A stretch of DNA of 64,000 nt from Candidatus Bathyarchaeota archaeon. GTDB taxonomy: Archaea; Thermoproteota; Bathyarchaeia; Bathyarchaeales; Bathycorpusculaceae. Of the stretch, positions 18,756 to 28,910 are shown piece by piece. Both the position numbers and the translations under genes were made by a program. The stretch lies in NCBI GenBank assembly GCA_963768425.1, contig CAVYHV010000013.1:39555-103554 (forward strand), in the 5' to 3' direction. A model generated the notes under the pieces. It worked only from the letters and a program-made list of their open reading frames with translations, was not told where the DNA came from and made no database searches. How positions within the stretch are numbered: position 1 is the first letter of the stretch; each line of letters starts with the position of its first letter.

Positions 18756-20585
18756 TTGAGAATGGCTAAAATCAAGAAGGCTTCAATTTTTCTTATGATA
18801 GTTCTGCTTTGTTCACCCTTGGCCCTCAGTTTGCAGGGGCACGCGCAAACGGAGCCAACGCTTGCAGGAACAATCAACAATGTTCTAAGCAACGTTAACC
18901 TCGAAAATGTTAGTCCAGAGTGGGGTACAATTTATTCTCAAATATTCGGTCTTTCTAATCAAAGTATTTTTGATACGCTCATTCAAGAAGCAGTCAACCA
19001 AAGCGATTGGCAAGATGCAGTTTGGGTCGCAAGGCTCGCGGAGCTAAATGGTTACAATTCACAAATATTGACTAACTGCTTGATCGCTGCATTGGAAAAC
19101 ATGCCGATGTGCGGAAGCTTACCTGTTACATGTTACACTGCAAATCAAACCGTAACAGCTTATCCGCCGGAAGAGTTTTGCGTGTACGACAGATACATGG
19201 TCAACGCTTATCGTTATGCTCAAGAACTTGGTGTTCCAGGGTGGAACATTACTCAGGCATTCATAGATTTTGCCAAAGCATATATGTCTGCACTAAAAGG
19301 CTCGCGCAGCCTATATGGAGAAATGCTTTGGATAAATCCCGCATTGAACTTTTCAGCTTCTTACTCAGGTCGATATTATGATGAATACGCAGAAACTTTG
19401 GACATGTTTCTAGAATTTGCCACAAATAGTGTTAGCGGCAATATTACAGTAAACGGGTTATCGTTAAACGCGACGTCCTTTATGGACAACATGTGGATTG
19501 CCGTGCAAAATCTCTGGAACGGCGAGTTCTATGACTATAACAACGAGGGAATTGGGATATCTCCATCAAGCAACACCATTGAGTGTGAAATGGGCAATTT
19601 CGCCCAGGTAATAGAAGAGTACCAGAATTACCGTGGGCTTCTGCCTTATTTCAGCAACGTGATAAACGACTTGGAGTACACTTGTTTAGCTTCGGGCTGG
19701 AACTCACCGATCTGGGCTTCAACTGGAGCAATAAAACATTCTACGGGCAACTTACAAGTGCGTTTACCTGAAACACTTGCAGCTTTAATAGCAATTCAGA
19801 TGCTTTATCCCGATTTCAACGCAACAATACAAAACAACTTTCAATCAATGCTTCAAACCGGTTGGCAAGGACTAACCAACAGCACTTTATACAGCAACAA
19901 TCAATTCCAATTCGACGCAGACAGCTCTACAACAACCTCGCCAGAAGCTTACTCAGACGATGCTTCATTGCTAGGCGCCATGACTCTGTTCTTAGACGGA
20001 ATCATCCCTCAAACCGGAAGCTTAGCAATGACAGCAAGCAACGAACGATACGAAGATTACCAAACATGCTTTCCAATCAGTCAATGGCAATTTGACTATC
20101 AAAACCAATCAATACGAATACCCGTTCTGGCAGGAACTTTATCATTCACCTTCGGTTCCCAACCTATTAGCCAGCAATTCCCCACAAACGGAGTTTACGA
20201 AATACAGTTTTCACCTGACTGGAACAGCATTGCTTCAGTAACAAGAGTCGCAGACTTAACAATGCCCCAGCTAAAGCCTGCAACCTTACAAACACAAATC
20301 CTGCCAACCCCAACCCCAACATCAACTCCGACCCCAACGCCTCAGCCAACCGCAACCATCTCCACTACGCCAACCTTGACCAACCCACCAACGAAGGTTT
20401 TCTGCGTTTTCCCACAATATAATATTTTTCGCCGTCGGGCTTACCCCAACGTTACTTGTCTTCTTAGCGGTTACGTTTTACATCAAAAAGAAAAAAATAG
20501 ATCGCAACACCGAGAAAGTTTAAACGTGTTTAAACAATTCATAGGAAAGTCTTATCTACAAAACCTCACCTTTGCAGAAGGATAA
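18756..20585 (+). CDS. Secreted helical protein with Pro/Thr linker; C-terminal anchor probably frameshifted
   Basis: Signal peptide, GRYYDE motif, [13 protein letters not shown] linker. Confidence 0.75.
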   Translation: MRMAKIKKASIFLMIVLLCSPLALSLQGHAQTEPTLAGTINNVLSNVNLENVSPEWGTIYSQIFGLSNQSIFDTLIQEAVNQSDWQDAVWVARLAELNGYNSQILTNCLIAALENMPMCGSLPVTCYTANQTVTAYPPEEFCVYDRYMVNAYRYAQELGVPGWNITQAFIDFAKAYMSALKGSRSLYGEMLWINPALNFSASYSGRYYDEYAETLDMFLEFATNSVSGNITVNGLSLNATSFMDNMWIAVQNLWNGEFYDYNNEGIGISPSSNTIECEMGNFAQVIEEYQNYRGLLPYFSNVINDLEYTCLASGWNSPIWASTGAIKHSTGNLQVRLPETLAALIAIQMLYPDFNATIQNNFQSMLQTGWQGLTNSTLYSNNQFQFDADSSTTTSPEAYSDDASLLGAMTLFLDGIIPQTGSLAMTASNERYEDYQTCFPISQWQFDYQNQSIRIPVLAGTLSFTFGSQPISQQFPTNGVYEIQFSPDWNSIASVTRVADLTMPQLKPATLQTQILPTPTPTSTPTPTPQPTATISTTPTLTNPPTKVFCVFPQYNIFRRRAYPNVTCLLSGYVLHQKEKNRSQHRESLNVFKQFIGKSYLQNLTFAEG

Positions 20586-20609
20586 ACCTGAAAAACGGAG
20601 TCCATGTTG

Positions 20610-21380
20610 ATGCCTACAGTTAAGAGCATTTGACGTTGCAATAATCGGTTTATGCGCGGCCCTATACGCCGTTGTCGGACGCTTAACGGCTGGAGTGACA
20701 TTTCTCGGCGTCGGATTTTTGCCTGCGTGTTGCTATTCCAGCAATTTTTGCGGTTATTATATGGCCCATGGGTTGGCGGCATAGGCGGAGCGATCGGCAT
20801 TTTCATTAGAGACATGCTGGTCCATGGGAATTCCACTTTTGAGCTTGTCAGCATGGGGTTCCACCCAACTTTATATTATTCTTCTTAATCGGCTACTTAG
20901 CGCACAGAAATTTGGACCTAAAGAAAGACTCTGATGGGCTTAATGACGGATAGCCGCCATCGCGCTTGTTGTTCCCACAGTGATTTTTCTGCCGCAGATC
21001 GCATGATTACACCGGTTTGTCAAACCTTGAAGCTTATTCTCGTCTTTTCATTTACTTAGACTTAGTTTAGTAGCTATTGGTGTGGTTTCATTGCGATATT
21101 GGCAGGAATGGAGAAGTTTCGCCGTCGCTCTGTTGTGGCGCAAGCTGCAGGCGCTGCTTTACTTTCAGCCACGGTATGGGCGGTTAGCCCGCTTTTCCTT
21201 TCGTACTTTGGAAAACCATTCCCTATTTCTTGGGTTCTTCCATTGTTCGTTTGGACTTTCGCAACCGAAATACCGTTTATTTTGCTTGTCGGACCGCCAG
21301 TAATCAAAGCATGCTACAAGGCTTTTCCCAGCCTCGCCCAAAGACAAAGGAGTAGCCAAGAAGGGAAAAAAATCGCTTAA
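20610..21380 (+). pseudogene. ECF transporter S-component, multiply frameshifted
   Basis: Fragments AALYAV, AIPAIFA..YGPWVGGIGGAIGIFIRDML, EIPFILLVGPPVIKA. Confidence 0.7.
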
Positions 21381-22318
21381 AGGCAAAGCCAAAACTGCAA
21401 GGGCATTTCGCTCCAGCGGCGATCTCGAGCTTTTTTGAAATCCACGACACCGAAGCCGACAAGCCTATCGTTGATTTGGAAAAAGTGGGTGCGAGAGGTG
21501 GAGGATTTGGGCTTCAGAAAGGAGTACTAACCAAAGTCACTGTCAAAGAGGCAAAGAGATCCAGAGTCAAAGTTTTCATAAATTCAAAGCCAGCTGAAGA
21601 AGCAAAAACAACGAAGAAAATGGTTGAGAAACTTCTGTGCGGGGTTAATGAAAAATACGAGGTTACTGTTGAGCATAAAATTGAGGTTCCCATCGGGTCA
21701 GGCTTCGGCACAAGCGCTGGCGGCGCATTAACTGCAGGATTAGCCCTCAAAGAAGCGTTGGATTTGCCCTTAACCTACAACCAAATCGGCAAGATGGCTC
21801 ATATTGCAGAGATTGAGTGCGGAACAGGTTTGGGAACAGTTAGCTCATTAACATTTACCGGCGGCTGCGTACTAGTCGTTGAACCTGGAGCCCCCGGCAT
21901 ATGCCAACTTGACCGTATCCCAATAACCCCAGACTACATGGTCGTAGCTGGCTTTTTCGAATCACATATGCCTAAATCCGTGTTAGGGAACCCCGAAAGA
22001 AAGAAAGTAATCAACCGTTTTGGCAAAGAAACCTTGGAAGCAATCCTTGGTAATCCAACTTTAACCAATTTTCTCGACAAATGCTGGGAGTTTTCCGAGA
22101 ACGCGGGTTTTGCAACCCCAAATGTTCGACGACTAATCAAGATCGCCAAGAAAGCGGGTGCGGTTGGTGCGTCGCAAAACATGCTTGGCGAAGCTGTGCA
22201 TGCTTTAGTGCTTGAAGAAAACGCTCAAGCGGTAGTAGAAGCTTTTAAGGAGGTTTTACCCTCTGAAAAAGTGTTATTGAGCAAAATCGATTTCCAAGGC
22301 GCTAGGCTGATAGAATGA
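21380..22318 (+). CDS. Pantoate kinase, GHMP family (5' end frameshifted, start approximate)
   Basis: APAAISSFF upstream of the called ORF; PIGSGFGTSAG, AHIAEIECGTGLG, SQNMLGEAV; adjacent to coaD. Confidence 0.88.
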   Translation, partial: KAKPKLQGHFAPAAISSFFEIHDTEADKPIVDLEKVGARGGGFGLQKGVLTKVTVKEAKRSRVKVFINSKPAEEAKTTKKMVEKLLCGVNEKYEVTVEHKIEVPIGSGFGTSAGGALTAGLALKEALDLPLTYNQIGKMAHIAEIECGTGLGTVSSLTFTGGCVLVVEPGAPGICQLDRIPITPDYMVVAGFFESHMPKSVLGNPERKKVINRFGKETLEAILGNPTLTNFLDKCWEFSENAGFATPNVRRLIKIAKKAGAVGASQNMLGEAVHALVLEENAQAVVEAFKEVLPSEKVLLSKIDFQGARLIE

Positions 22319-22809
22319 GACGATTCAAAAAAGTCGCAGTTGGTGGAACATTCGACGAATTGCATATGGGTCACAAATCGTTGTTAACCCGAGCTTTTGA
22401 AATTGGAGAAAAAGTAGTGATCGGTTTGTCTTCTGACAACTTTGTAACTAAAATGGTTAAACCCCACGTAACTGCCTCATATGCAGAAAGATATGCGGAG
22501 CTTGAAGCTTTTTTGAAGAAATCAGGCTTAGCTGCCAGAGCGGAAATTGTCCCGTTAGATGACCCTTACGGCTTAACTATATCGGGTAAAGGTTTGGAAG
22601 CCTTAGTTGTAAGCAAAGAAACTGAGTCTGCGGCTCGCAAAATCAACAAGATACGCGTTAAGGTACCGCTTCAACCGTTAAAAATTGTCACCGTCAGTAT
22701 GGTTCCCGCAGAAAACTGCGGCTCCATTTCAACAACACGGATCAGAAGCGGAGAAATAGACCGGAACGGACGCCTACTCGAAAGAACGCAAAAGACCGCG
22801 GCAAAATAA
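22315..22809 (+). CDS. coaD: Phosphopantetheine adenylyltransferase
   Basis: VAVGGTFDELHMGH, DDPYG, LVVSKET, ISTTRIRSGEID. Confidence 0.92.
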   Translation: MRRFKKVAVGGTFDELHMGHKSLLTRAFEIGEKVVIGLSSDNFVTKMVKPHVTASYAERYAELEAFLKKSGLAARAEIVPLDDPYGLTISGKGLEALVVSKETESAARKINKIRVKVPLQPLKIVTVSMVPAENCGSISTTRIRSGEIDRNGRLLERTQKTAAK

Positions 22810-22839
22810 ACATATTGTTCAATTAGTTTTTTGGTTTTC

Positions 22840-23775
22840 CTATAGAATTTCTCCAATAACGTTAACGGGTTTTCTGATCAGTGATGTTAAGTCTTCCAGT
22901 CTTTCTTTTTCGATAGAGGCTAACACCACAGTTGCTGGTCCAGCTGATTTATTCAAATCCAAGGTTTTTGCCTCCGTCAGTTTCAGTTGTCTGCCTACAG
23001 CGTAGGCGATCATTCTGGCTTGGTCAGCAATTCCGAAGGTTCCAACTGGTGCGATATCATGGACATATTTTTTCTGTGAAAGCTGTATTATGTTTTTGAG
23101 GTCTGCAATTTCGCCTTTCGCCTCGGCTGAAATCACTTCGTCGCCGACCTTTGGCTTACCGATTGCAACTACCAAGTCGCCGGGAACTGTTTTTCCTAAC
23201 CTTAACTCTTCTTCGTTTGCGAATCCGACAACGGTTAAGCCGGCGCCAGTTTGCACCGTTTCAAAGTTATCTTCAGTGTTTTCCATAAGCACCTGGTCTG
23301 GGTCGAGGCCAAGGGTTCTTGCTTCCTTCCGAATCCCATCTAAAATGGCGTTTCCGGTCGGTTCTTTCTCAACGCCTAAGGTGACAGATAAAAGAATGGG
23401 AAACGCGCCAGTCGCAATAACGTCCATTAAGCTGACTCTTGCGAGAAATTTCCCCAATATTTGGCCGTCAACTTTGACTTTGTCTTCTATTTTAGGTCCG
23501 ACTGCACCCGACGAAGTTGAACCCGCTACAATCGCGTGTCCTGTGGGAACTTTAACGATTGAAACGTCTCCTCTTCGCGTATAATTTAGTTGGGCAGGCT
23601 TCACTTGAAAAACTATGGGACGTAGCATCGTGCCAACATTTTCTACAAGATGTAAATAGACAGTTAACGCTTGGCGCATGACTTCGGAACGGGTCAAACC
23701 ATGTTTGCTGGCTAGCCTATCGATGTCTGAAGCAACTTTTTCAGGCAAACGGACATTTATAACTTCCATCAACAA
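22840..23775 (-). CDS. RHH/CopG domain fused to an AIR-synthase-related, alpha-ribazole kinase CblS-like domain
   Basis: INVRLPE...IDRLA...TRSEVMRQAL; SSGAVGPK..D.VKV...GKFLARVSLMDV.ATGA; TEDNFETVQTG.G.TVVG; KSAGPAT. Confidence 0.75.
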   Translation of the reverse strand: MLMEVINVRLPEKVASDIDRLASKHGLTRSEVMRQALTVYLHLVENVGTMLRPIVFQVKPAQLNYTRRGDVSIVKVPTGHAIVAGSTSSGAVGPKIEDKVKVDGQILGKFLARVSLMDVIATGAFPILLSVTLGVEKEPTGNAILDGIRKEARTLGLDPDQVLMENTEDNFETVQTGAGLTVVGFANEEELRLGKTVPGDLVVAIGKPKVGDEVISAEAKGEIADLKNIIQLSQKKYVHDIAPVGTFGIADQARMIAYAVGRQLKLTEAKTLDLNKSAGPATVVLASIEKERLEDLTSLIRKPVNVIGEIL

Positions 23776-24008
23776 TCAACCACTAACAGTGCTCTAATCG
23801 CCGTATCCTCTTAATCTTTGTTGTCCAATGCCGATTTTGATCCCGCCTGAGTATTGAAGCGGTTTTTTGTGTTTTGGGTGCTTAACTCTCTTAAAAAAGG
23901 CAAGGACGCCTGTTTTGTCACTTGAGAGAGCAGCAAACGAGTGACTAGCACAAGAGTTATATGCGTCATACAATAGAAAACATGGAGTAAAAAACATGGG
24001 GGATAAAT

Positions 24009-24992
24009 TTGAACAAGAAAATTCTAGCCTTAAGTCTCATTTTAGTTTTAACAGCAGTATACTTAACTTCGGTTTCAGTTTCCACAGTTAAAGCTCAAAC
24101 AACCACCCAGCAAACGGGTCGGTGGATCACTGCGTACACTGTTAAGAACGCCAACAACGGAGCAACAATAATAGACACTGCCTCAAATCAAAATGGATAC
24201 GTATTGGAAGGCGACGAGCTGTCTGTTACTGCAACCATCGACATCAGCCAAAGCAGTCCTTCCACCAGTCTGTCGTTGACGACAAGCCTCCAACACTCGG
24301 CGTTACAAGGTAACATGTACTGGCAGCTTGATTCAACAAACTATAACTTAGGTAACTTTAACCCCAATTCTCGAACCATAACGTTCCCAGAGAACGAAGG
24401 CACCCTCCAGATTACCTGCTATGGATTGGTCCCAACAGGGTCAGTGACTCAGACCGGTCCCAATGGAATAACGTTGGACATTCCAACCCCCCTCAACCTG
24501 ATTGTCCTTGAAGACCCAAGCGGAGCAACCCTTGACCAAGTCAGAGTTAACATCACAGACGCAGCAATCGACAATTACTTGAATGTACTCAATCAAAGGG
24601 AAAACACGCTCAAAGGTTATAAGAGCTCAGGCGTTGACTCGGGGTTCATACAAATCTACCAAAACGTCATCGCCGCATCGCAAGTTATGGAAGGGCAAGG
24701 CTTTGCCGCAGCAGCAACCCAAATGCTTAACGGCTTAAGCGTGAGTTCGCCCCCATCAGCAAGCACAGCAGAATTGCTCATACCGATTGCAGGAGTCATG
24801 GCAGCTTTAGCGGCTGTGTTCGCGTTCCTGTTTATTCGAATAAGAGGCAAGGTCAGTTACTTCCAACTTGTCGTTGAAGACCAAATTAAAGACTTAGAAG
24901 GCTTAACATTAAGAATATCAAGAATTGACCGAATGGCATCGTCAAACTTGGATTCAGTGAAAGAGCGGCTCAAAAGATTAGTCGGGATGTGA
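24009..24992 (+). CDS. Secreted-domain, single-TM protein with short cytoplasmic coiled coil
   Basis: Signal peptide, beta-rich ectodomain, TM, LVVEDQIKDLEGL tail; abuts the tubulin-like gene. Confidence 0.85.
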   Translation: MNKKILALSLILVLTAVYLTSVSVSTVKAQTTTQQTGRWITAYTVKNANNGATIIDTASNQNGYVLEGDELSVTATIDISQSSPSTSLSLTTSLQHSALQGNMYWQLDSTNYNLGNFNPNSRTITFPENEGTLQITCYGLVPTGSVTQTGPNGITLDIPTPLNLIVLEDPSGATLDQVRVNITDAAIDNYLNVLNQRENTLKGYKSSGVDSGFIQIYQNVIAASQVMEGQGFAAAATQMLNGLSVSSPPSASTAELLIPIAGVMAALAAVFAFLFIRIRGKVSYFQLVVEDQIKDLEGLTLRISRIDRMASSNLDSVKERLKRLVGM

Positions 24993-24995
24993 TAA

Positions 24996-27677
24996 CCTAC
25001 GAGAATCTACCAGAATAGTGTACAAGTAATCGGACTAGGTTCAGCAGGAACCAACATCGTAGAAACCTTCCTTAACCACAAAAAAACCAAGGAGCTAATG
25101 CAAAACGACCTCACCAGGCTCTCTCTTTTAGCTATAGACATCGCAGATCCAGAAATCAGAAGCCTGCAAGAAACCTATGAGGGAATCGAAAAATCAATGG
25201 TGAAAGCGGGCATACCCGCTGAGAGAATGCGCCTAATCGCCCAGTCAGTCAAATTCCCAACCGCGGAAGCAATGTTCGACTTCATCAACCAGAAATACGG
25301 AGAATACCTCATAGCCGAAGGAGCCAAACTCAACTTTCACCCTTGGCTGGAATCCACAATGGCTATTCCACCAATGGCAGGAGGCGCCGGCAGACGAAGA
25401 GCCCTTGCCAAAGCAATATACGCACTAAACTATTATCAACTCGGAATCGTCAAGAACTGCATTAACAGCTTCAAGGAACAAGCCCTCTCAGGAATCATTA
25501 CACCAACAGTGGTTATATGCTACGGACTCGGCGGAGGAACAGGCAGCGGAGTATTCTTCGATTTTGCAAGACACCTTCGAAAGGTTTTGGGCTCAGGCGT
25601 CGCAATCATAGCCTTCGTAATTACCCCATGTGGCGGAGACGACCCCCCAGCGAAAGGATGCTCAGCCTTCACATCTATGAATGAGCTTTCCCTGTTCCTC
25701 AATAAAGATTACAACGAATACGTCGTCAAAGAATACGGCGAATGCTACCGAAACCCACTTAACGCACTTATCTACCTGCCACTGCTACCTGCATTCTCGA
25801 AAGTAGGCAACATTGTCAGCGCCCGAAGAGAAATGGACGACATGGTCGTAGATATGCTCTACGTTTTAATGGACTTCGACTTAGCAGACTTAATGGGCGG
25901 AATCGGCACAGAAGTCGGGTTAACCTACAACTCAGCACACACACTGGGAATGGTAAAAGTAAATTACCCAGTTGAAGAGTACATTTCAGCCTACAAACTC
26001 AACTTCGAAGGCATCCAGCTACTTCAAGACCTGCGAAGAGAAAAACTTGACATCCTCGACGAAATAGGCAACATCATCTCAGTCGACCATGATGTAGCAC
26101 GCGAACTCTTTAGAAACTACCTCATAAAAGCAGGCACATTTAACGAGGAACAATTCGAGGACAAATTGAAAACCGAAATCACCAGTAACCCAAGGCTCGA
26201 AGACGATCTCGCACTGCACGTCAAAGGCGTTGAGATACAGGTTAAAAACTGGCTAGCCGAAATCATGAAGCTTCTATCAACCATAAAACTTATGGGAAAA
26301 ACAGGCCCCATCGAAGATTCCATCATAAACTTGACGCTGAAAAAGGAAGGCTCAAGAAAACTGGACAACCTGGAATCTTTGCTCACCACTTTGACGAAGA
26401 GCCACTTGGAATTCCGCGAGAAAAAAGCACTTATTGTGGAACGACTCAACCAACTGATTCCCAGCTCGCAAGTGTTCACTGTTAGGCAAAAGAAGATTCT
26501 CGAAGATTTAGTCAATCTAGCAGAGATCGCTGAGCGAGCACTTGATTTGCAGCAGTTCTACGATGAAACACGATACTTAACTGACGCTCTCATTAGGTAT
26601 TATCAAGTTCTTCCTGAAAGCCAAAACGAACTTAACGACCTGAGAGACATTCAAGCCGAACTCTCAACAATCTACCTCATAATACAGCTCATGCTCAGAA
26701 CCCCAGCTGACGAGGCAAAGATGATTGATGAACACGTGACCTACATCAATGAGATATTGGGAAGACGCATGCAAAACCGTGGCAACTACGACAACGAAGT
26801 TGCGAGAGTACAAGAGACAAAGAAACGTAAGGAATTCGACAAAGAAAAGCTTGAAAGGCAAAATCGAAGATTCTTCGGCGGAAAACGATACGCCAGAGAA
26901 CAGCTTATGGAGCTTGACAGAGACCTAAAACGCATAGAGTCAGAAGAAGCCTTCGCCATTGAAAACCTCAACAAAGTCGACAGTATAATCAACCTCTACG
27001 AAACACTGGCAAAACGTTTCGAATTAACATCAGAGTACCGCAAGAGGCTCAACAAGATTGTTGACATAAACGAGGAATACGAGGAAATGGTCAACCAAAT
27101 CACCGCGCCGAAGAAGTACTTCGAAAAATCCGCGGACCTGACAGAAACCGAGCAGCTCAGAATTATATTCAAGATACTCACTGAACAAGAAGAAGGCCTC
27201 ACCAAAGAAGTGATCAACAAAGACATTCTCGACCTAGAGCACTTCAAAGACTACATTAGAAGTATCATCAGAGCCTTCAAGACACCAACCATCATGGGGT
27301 ACAAACCAACCTACAAGACAGACTACATCTGGGTCACCATAGTTTCGCCGCCGAACATGTGGACCGAAGACTTATCACAAGAAGTCTACACTGCGTTAGC
27401 AGGATACGTCACAAGCGAAGTATCAAGAACCATCACTGTGCGAGTCATCGAATCACGAGACGCATGGACAACAAGAGTGCTAGTCATCGGCGGAAGAGGA
27501 AAACCCGAAGACATGGAAGCATACGACGAAATGCAGCTACTATACAACAAATCAAACGACTTCGAAAGACACCTATCCAGAAGCTACCTGCTTGAACACG
27601 GAGTCTCAGCCGGACAAATCATCAAAAAACTAAACCAGGAAAACGGCGTACCAATCAATAACGGCAATAAGAAATAG
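24996..27677 (+). CDS. FtsZ/tubulin-superfamily GTPase with large coiled-coil insertion (start approximate)
   Basis: In-frame VQVIGLGSAGTNIV upstream of the called ATG; AIDIAD, AGGAGRRRALAK, GLGGGTGSG, DFDLADL; C-terminal TRVLVIGG. Confidence 0.88.
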   Translation, partial: PTRIYQNSVQVIGLGSAGTNIVETFLNHKKTKELMQNDLTRLSLLAIDIADPEIRSLQETYEGIEKSMVKAGIPAERMRLIAQSVKFPTAEAMFDFINQKYGEYLIAEGAKLNFHPWLESTMAIPPMAGGAGRRRALAKAIYALNYYQLGIVKNCINSFKEQALSGIITPTVVICYGLGGGTGSGVFFDFARHLRKVLGSGVAIIAFVITPCGGDDPPAKGCSAFTSMNELSLFLNKDYNEYVVKEYGECYRNPLNALIYLPLLPAFSKVGNIVSARREMDDMVVDMLYVLMDFDLADLMGGIGTEVGLTYNSAHTLGMVKVNYPVEEYISAYKLNFEGIQLLQDLRREKLDILDEIGNIISVDHDVARELFRNYLIKAGTFNEEQFEDKLKTEITSNPRLEDDLALHVKGVEIQVKNWLAEIMKLLSTIKLMGKTGPIEDSIINLTLKKEGSRKLDNLESLLTTLTKSHLEFREKKALIVERLNQLIPSSQVFTVRQKKILEDLVNLAEIAERALDLQQFYDETRYLTDALIRYYQVLPESQNELNDLRDIQAELSTIYLIIQLMLRTPADEAKMIDEHVTYINEILGRRMQNRGNYDNEVARVQETKKRKEFDKEKLERQNRRFFGGKRYAREQLMELDRDLKRIESEEAFAIENLNKVDSIINLYETLAKRFELTSEYRKRLNKIVDINEEYEEMVNQITAPKKYFEKSADLTETEQLRIIFKILTEQEEGLTKEVINKDILDLEHFKDYIRSIIRAFKTPTIMGYKPTYKTDYIWVTIVSPPNMWTEDLSQEVYTALAGYVTSEVSRTITVRVIESRDAWTTRVLVIGGRGKPEDMEAYDEMQLLYNKSNDFERHLSRSYLLEHGVSAGQIIKKLNQENGVPINNGNKK

Positions 27678-27679
27678 AA

Positions 27680-28849
27680 TCAAGTAGGGACTTCCGAAGA
27701 AGTTTCCTCATCCTTCTTTATACCCAAGTTTTTCATCATACCCAACCACTCTTTCTTATCTACTAAACCTTTTTGCGTTGCGCGGCTCTTCAGGCTTTTA
27801 GACCTTTTTTCATAGTCAAGGAACAATTCAGTGGTGTCGAAGCCGCCGACCAACAAAACTACGTCAAGGCGGTCGCTTGCGTCATCAACGTAAACGGGTT
27901 CAGTGATGTAAATCGTTTTGAGGTTAGCTTTTTCCTTAAACCAAGTAGCTACTGCCAGCTCGATTTTTGCCCTCGGAAGCTTATCTTTCATACTCAGCGG
28001 CATGCGAACGAGAACGTAGGCAAGCGAAACTGTGGATAGGTCGAAGTTTAGAAGCGGCTTAACCAAGGTTGCGTCTAAGATGTTTTCGATTGAACCGTAA
28101 ATCTTAAGGCTTGCACCAGGCGCCAGCAGCACAGAGTACATTTTGGTGTTGAATATTCTTGATTGCTCGCACAATTCTTCAACAAGCGCTTCCTTAGAAA
28201 GGAACAAGTTGACCAAGTAATTGGCAACCAAGTTTCCTTCTATGAGCGAACCGACCCTGTCGACGCCCTCGTATTTTTCAAGCATATCCCTTTCCAAAAG
28301 CAGAAGAGTAGCGGCGTCTTTGTCCGCGCAAATTCCCATTGACGCAAGCGCATTGAAATATGCATCTGACGGCTGAATTTTCGACGGCAATATTGCGATC
28401 GAAAGCGAGTTTATGTTATAAGCTTTAAATTTCTCAATTAAAGTAGGTAGAGAAGCGCTGCCGATGCCATCCCATACTGAAGCAACCATGATGGCGCTGT
28501 GCAGTTTATCTGTAGGCTTCTTCTTTAGGCTGTCCATCAATGTTTCATCCTTTGAAACAAAGGGTAAAACGTTGTACCAGAAGTGAGTTTCAATGTTTGC
28601 GTCTTCAAATCCCAAAACCAGATGTGCATTAAACTCCTTTGGAATCCATGTGTAAACTTCCTCGCTTGATTTTCCAAGGAGAACCTGCAACGTCAACCCA
28701 GCTTTGTCAATGTAAGGTTGTTTGAGCAACACTTTAATCGGGTATTCTCCGATGTATACCGTGGCTTGCTTTGGAAGAAGCGGCTTTAGGGTTTCAATAT
28801 GCTTTCTAACACTGTCTAATACGTTAAATGCTTTTTTAGTCTCAGTCAT
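27680..28849 (-). CDS. Degenerate FtsZ/tubulin-like protein
   Basis: VYIGEYPIKV (T1 position), ASVWDGIGSASLP (signature position), SIAILPS..FNALASM, LLLLERD, DVVLLVGGF. Confidence 0.7.
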   Translation of the reverse strand: MTETKKAFNVLDSVRKHIETLKPLLPKQATVYIGEYPIKVLLKQPYIDKAGLTLQVLLGKSSEEVYTWIPKEFNAHLVLGFEDANIETHFWYNVLPFVSKDETLMDSLKKKPTDKLHSAIMVASVWDGIGSASLPTLIEKFKAYNINSLSIAILPSKIQPSDAYFNALASMGICADKDAATLLLLERDMLEKYEGVDRVGSLIEGNLVANYLVNLFLSKEALVEELCEQSRIFNTKMYSVLLAPGASLKIYGSIENILDATLVKPLLNFDLSTVSLAYVLVRMPLSMKDKLPRAKIELAVATWFKEKANLKTIYITEPVYVDDASDRLDVVLLVGGFDTTELFLDYEKRSKSLKSRATQKGLVDKKEWLGMMKNLGIKKDEETSSEVPT

Positions 28850-28910
28850 CCGAGGTACCTACGTAACCTTTAAGAAGCTTTCACCTAAAATAAGGTTTTA
28901 GGTTACTAGC

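Noticed and set aside
23090-23584. This and many other antisense ORFs in the track (e.g. 48813..49271, 59560..60030)
   Set aside because: Shadows of well-supported genes on the opposite strand, with no motifs
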